A DNA stretch of 64,000 nt from the human T2T-CHM13v2.0 reference genome, Homo sapiens: the NCBI RefSeq assembly GCF_009914755.1, contig NC_060936.1. One strand, given 5' to 3'. Numbering within the stretch: position 1 is the stretch's first letter; each line of letters opens with the position of its first letter. Both the position numbers and the translations under genes were made by a program. Under the pieces are notes generated by a model that did not search any database, was not told where the DNA came from, and was given only the letters and a program-made list of their open reading frames with translations. Of the stretch, positions 58,790-64,000 are shown piece by piece.

Positions 58790-61700
58790 GGGGACTTCTG
58801 TTTCAGTTCCAACATGTAAAGAGCTTGGAAATCATGACTCCTATCCTTACAACAAAGCAAAGCTAGGAAAACTGAAAATCAGTCACTATTCTTAGACCCA
58901 TCTGAGAGCTGAGATTTCCAAGCAAACTGCAATTCCAAAATCTGGAGACACAGGTAAATCGAGAGAGCCACAGCCAAGATCTTCCCACCTGGAGCAGAAG
59001 CCCCTGAAACCATAAACTGGTAGGTTCAGTTCAGAGGGTTTTTTGTTTTTGGTTTTGGTTTTTCTGAGCCCGGGCCTCACTCTGTCACCCAGGCTGGAGT
59101 GCAGTGATGTGGTCCTAGCTCACTGCAGCCTCCATCTCCCAGGTTTAGGCAATTCTCCCTCCTCAGCCTCCTGAGTAGCTGGGACTGCAGGTGCATGCCA
59201 CCATGCCTGGCTAATTTTTGAATTTTTTTTGGTAGAGACTGGATTTCACCACATTGGCCAGGCTGGTTTCGAACTCCTAACCTTAAGTGATTCACCCTCC
59301 TCGGCCTCCCAAAGTGCTGAGATTACAGGCGTGAGACACTACACCCAGCCAGTTTAGTGGGGATTTTGATGAACTGGGGGGAATCTGGATGTTGACTAGG
59401 AGGAGAGTGAGAAACTCCTGGGGGTCACGGTTTTAGGAGACCCCACACTTTCATGGGCTTTATCTCCAAAGAACCCCACTAGATTGCCATTGTGAGCATT
59501 CAAAAAAGACCTGCTTATGGCCGCAGCAGGACAAGAGGAAGAGTAATCATTGTGAAATAAGCCTAGAGCTATCTCCACAACAAAGGGCTACTCTCCAGAT
59601 AAAAAGATTATGAGAGCTTTATCCCACCTGGGGAAAGATGTTTCTCCCACCACAGCACATCTCTTCCTGATTCACCTAGGAGGAGAAAAATGCATAGTCA
59701 TCAAAGGGACAGGTCTTCATAGAAATAGATTGGAAACTCTGCAGGTCATGAAAGGGAGCAGAGGGCAGGGTGAAATCAATAGCCACAGGCTTGAAGAACT
59801 ACTCATCAATGTTACAGCCTGGGGACACGGGACCACTAAAAGATGGAAATTTAATTGGAAGATGATAGAAGGATTCCCCTGCACAGCCTATCAGCACGCT
59901 TACAGGGCTCCAGTACAACAGCAATGCATTGCAGCTGAAAGAGCTGCAAGCCACAAACCTTTTATGAGATGGAATGTTTAGGAAGACCTAGGGTGAAGAG
60001 GAGACAGAAGTAAGAACAGTGAAGAATGTACAGCCTCTGGTACACAGAGTTATGACAAACATTTAACATGGTCCAACACCTAACCAGACTGACATAAATT
60101 GTCATCACAATAAAGCCTTCTTTTCCTCAGTTCCTAGTATTCAATGCAACAAAAATTTACAAGGTATGACAAAAGGTAACGGAAACATAGTCTGAAGAGA
60201 AAAAAAACTCATCGGAACAAGACTCGAATATGTAACACATGTTGGAGTAATCAGACAGATAGTATCAAATAACTATGATGAATGCATTAAGGACTCTAAG
60301 AGAAAATGTGGACAACAAACAGAAATAGATGCGTCGTATAAGCAGAAAGAAGGAAATAAATAAGCAGAAGAAAATGCTAGAAATCAAAAACACTATAGCA
60401 GAAATGAACAATTTCTGGACTGGTCTTGCCAGCAGAGTTCATATGACCAAGGAAAAAATCATTGAGCTTGCAAATAAGTCAAGAAATATCAAAAATTAAT
60501 GTGGAAAAAGAACAATATTAAAACAAAAACAACAAAGAACCCCAGTACATTCAGGAATTGTGCAACTATTTCAAAAATTGTAACATCTGTATAATTGGGA
60601 TACCAGGAGGGTGTGAAAGGAATAGTGGAGCAAAAGAAATATTTGAAGTAAAAATGGCTTAGAACGTTCCAAATTTTATGACAGGCACCAAATCAGACAT
60701 CCAGGAACCTCAGAAAAACACCAAGTAGAATAATATATACATACATACATACATGTATATACATACATACATGTATACACATGCATGCATACATACGTAA
60801 AATAGACAAACTGTATTTGAATTGCAGAAAACTAAAAATTAAATAAATATCTTTGAAAGAAGCCCAAGTGGGAGGTTGGGTATCTTACCTTACCTATGGA
60901 AATACAAGAAAAATAGTTAAAGTAGACTTCTCATCAGACGCCATGCAAGAAAGAAGAGGTTGGTATGAAAGTAAAAAATCATCAATGCAGACTTCTATGT
61001 CCAGTGAAAGAATTTTTCAACAGTGAAAGAGAAATAAAGACATTATCAGACAAACAAAAACTTGAGGAAATTCATCGTTGGCACATCTTCCCTGCAAGAA
61101 ATGTGAAAACACTTGGCTCAGTCAGAAGGAAAATGGTATAAGGCAGACACTGGGAACTACATAGAAAAATAAAGCATATTAGAGGAGGCATACGAGAAGG
61201 GAAAATAAAATATTATTTTTCATATTATTAATTGATTGAAAATATAACAGTTTAAACTAATAGTAGTAACACTGTAATGGTCGATTACAGGATGTAAACA
61301 GCGAAAATGAGTAACATCAGCTTGCTGAAGGGTAGGACGGAGGAATTGGGAATAGTCTGTTATAAGGTACTTGCATAATATAGGAAGTGGTAGAATGTAA
61401 TTTGAAAGTGAATTTAGATTAGTTAAGATGTATATTGTAAACTCCAGGGGAACCATTACAAATTTTTTTTAAGTATAACTCAGAGGAGATAAAATGGAAT
61501 CAAATACAATGCAAAGTTAAAACAAGAAAAGGCAAAAAACAGGAGAGGAAACAAGGAACAAATCCCATGTATAGAAAATGGTTAAAATGATGGTTTATAT
61601 TTATCCAGTGGTGTCGAAACTCACTTTAAATGTGAATGATCTCAACGTATTTATTAAATGACAAAATTCATGAGAGTGGATAAAGTAAAAACAAGACCCA

Positions 61701-61945
61701 GCTATATCTTGATTACAAGTAACCCACTTTAAACAGGAAGACTCAGGTTAAAAGTAAAGAAATGAGAAAGATACAACATGCTAACATGAATCAAAAGAAA
61801 ACTGTTCTAGCTATATTAGTTTCAGATGAAGCAGGCTTCACAACAAGGATGATTATCAGTGATAAAGAAGCATGTTACGTAGTGATTGTGTCCATTCTTC
61901 AAGAAGACGTGATAATCCTAAATGTGTATGTACCTAACAAAAGGA
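58790..61945 (+). mobile_element. Old L1M 5'UTR, ORF1 and start of ORF2 (L1MC/MD-type), degraded
   Basis: gggacttctgtttcagttccaacatg start; ORF1-like gaaatatttgaagtaaaaatggc, gacttctcatcagacgccatgcaag; ORF2 EN remnant in ORF 61762-62037 (ILVSD...ILNVYVPN). Confidence 0.82.
59039..59350 (-). mobile_element. Alu
   Basis: Full reverse Alu inside the L1 5'UTR. Confidence 0.95.
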
Positions 61946-62183
61946 GGTTATTCTTTAAATATCAGTTTTCTGTGGTTACCTTCAAAGCTATGAATCATTT
62001 TTCTATCGCTTTCCTCTCTTTGCTGGTAGGAAACTAGCCAGTTATTTGTATTTAGCCACAATGAGCACACCTAGCACCAAGATCTTGACTTTCTTAACAC
62101 TGCTCTTCAATTAAAAAAAGCCAAGGGTCCTTGGAGAAATGGCAAACTCTAGGACTGGTGAAGGAAACACAGAAGATGAGCCT

Positions 62184-62554
62184 CACCATAAGATTAATGC
62201 TTGAGGTCTCTTGAAATTCACACACTGAGTCCTTCACCCCCAAGGTGATGGTATTAGGATGTAGGGCCTTTGGGAGGTGACTAGATCATGAGGGTGGTGC
62301 CCTCTTGAATAAGATTAGCAACCTTATAAAGGAGGCTGCAGACAGCTTTCTCTCCCCTTCCTCCATGTGAGGGCACAGCAAGAAAGAGGCCATCTGTGAA
62401 TGGGGAAGCGAGCCCACACCATGCACCACATCTACCAGTGCCTTGGTCTCGGACTTTCAGCTTCCAGGAACTATGAGAAATAAGTATTTATCAGCCATGC
62501 ATAAGCCATGCAGTTTATAATATTTGGTTATAGCAGCCTGAACAGAGTAAGACA
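62184..62554 (+). mobile_element. MLT1A/MSTD-type solo LTR
   Basis: ccccaaggtgatggtattagg...ggcctttgggaggtgactagatcatgagggtgg...gttatagcagcctgaacagagtaagaca; 5-bp TSD agcct (62179-62183/62555-62559). Confidence 0.88.
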
Positions 62555-62605
62555 AGCCTTGAGCATTTTGTAGTTCCAGAAGCTGAGGAAGTGCTCACAC
62601 ACATG

Positions 62606-62647
<42 letters not shown>

Positions 62648-62832
62648 GGCAGCATGTGGGAAGAACACAAGGGCCAACCGAACGTGTTCTCAATGTGCAA
62701 GATTGGGAACATTTGAAAAAAAATAAATATATATTGGAGTATTAGCTACATTACAAAGTAATGCCCATGAGTTTATACTGATATAAATACATGATTGGAT
62801 TAACCAATAAATGGGAAAAATAATTCTCCTTA

Positions 62833-63364
62833 GATCCCATTACTGGGTATATACCCAAAAGATTATACATCATTCTACTATAGAGACATGCACACGTATG
62901 TTTATTGCAGCACTATTTACAATAGCAAAGACTTGGAACCAACCCAAATGCCCATCAATGATAGACTGGATAAAGAAAATGTGGCACACATACACCATGG
63001 AATACTATGCAGCCATAAAAAAGAATGAGTGCATGTCCTTTGCAGGGACATAGATGAAGCTAGAAGCCATCATTCTCAGCAAATTAACCCAGGAACAGAA
63101 AACATAACACCGCATGTTCTCACTCGTAAGTGGGAGTTGAACAATGAGGACACAGGGAGGAGAACATCACATACTGGGGCCTGTTGGAGGGTGGGGAGCA
63201 AGGGGAGGGAGAGCATTAGGACAAATACCTAATGCATGCTGGGCTTAAAACCTAGATGCCAGCTTGATAGGTGCAGCAAACCACCATAGTACCTGTATAC
63301 CTGTGTAACAAACCTACACGTTCTGCACGTATATCCCAGAACTAAAATAAAATAAAATAAAAAA
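62833..63364 (+). mobile_element. 5'-truncated L1PA 3' end
   Basis: ORF 62811-63053 ...MFIAALFTIAKTWNQPKCPS...; 3'UTR and A-rich tail. Confidence 0.96.
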
Positions 63365-64000
63365 GAACAGGAGAGAAATGAGTCATGCAGACACTGCATC
63401 CTCAAGGTGAAGCATAACTCTTTACTCCATGTGTGTGGTTTGCTGACAATGACTTGTTTTCCCATTGTAAAGTAGGGAAATTGAGAACAAAGGGTAACTT
63501 TACAGTGGAGAACTAAAGACTCTTTCAACCAGGTGGTCAAATCATCATCGACAGTCATCAGTCATAAGTCACACGGACCGCGTGAGAGTGTGCACCTTTG
63601 ACATGATGGGACGAGAATGGCACTCTACTTCGGGGATCTTCTTTCTCTGAAACCCATAACCATAAAAAGCCTCAGGGCTTTTCCCCGATTCAGGGACATT
63701 CTATAGTACCTGACCAGCATGCCTCAAAACTGGTCATCAAACTCAAGAAAAGCCTGAGAAACTGTCACACCAAAGAAGAGCCTAAGGAGACGGGGCCATT
63801 AGATGAAATGTGGCATTCTGGATGGAATCCTGGCAGGAAAAATGTCATTAGGTTTAAAAGAGGAGAAAAAAATGAATGGCCTGCCCATAGTTAATGATAC
63901 TGTATTGGTATTTGTTCATTATTTTGGATAAATGTATCACTTTAATTTAAAATGCTAATAAAGGGTCAAATTGAGTGTGGGGTTTGTACTATCTTCTCCA

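Larger units (their letters stand above)
61950..64000 (+). mobile_element. L1MC 3' region hosting MLT1A and L1PA insertions
   Basis: ttggagaaatggcaaactctaggactgg...aactttacagtggagaac...gcctgagaaactgtcac...ggatggaatcctgg. Confidence 0.75.

Overview
Primate (human-like, AluY-containing) non-coding genomic DNA. I find no protein-coding exon, RNA gene or processed pseudogene; the ORF track is explained by Alu/L1/LTR/simple-repeat sequence or by short, unrecognisable ORFs. Much of the window is transposon-derived: about 20 Alus, L1PA/L1MA/L1MC/L1ME pieces, L2, MIR, solo LTRs (THE1, MER4A, MER4D, MLT2A/D, MLT1A, MLT1K) and DNA transposons (Tigger4, MER81, MER5, MER58A), several with visible target-site duplications (TSDs). 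Subfamily names come from recalled consensus sequences, not a RepeatMasker run, and ends of old repeats are approximate. A weak CpG island with kB, G4 and partial CTCF motifs at about 7.2-7.9 kb sits in a broader CpG-retaining domain and is the best promoter candidate. The most unusual structure is at 57.7-58.0 kb, inside an MLT1K LTR: a gap-free 107-bp inverted duplication (95/107, mostly transversion mismatches) whose spacer carries a 34-bp copy of sequence 1.37 kb upstream plus further short templated copies. It reads as a fossil multi-step template-switch event that also clustered nuclear-receptor half-sites. A second mosaic of locally copied segments lies at 48.1-48.25 kb. I could not identify the locus and see no evidence of a new multi-gene system.
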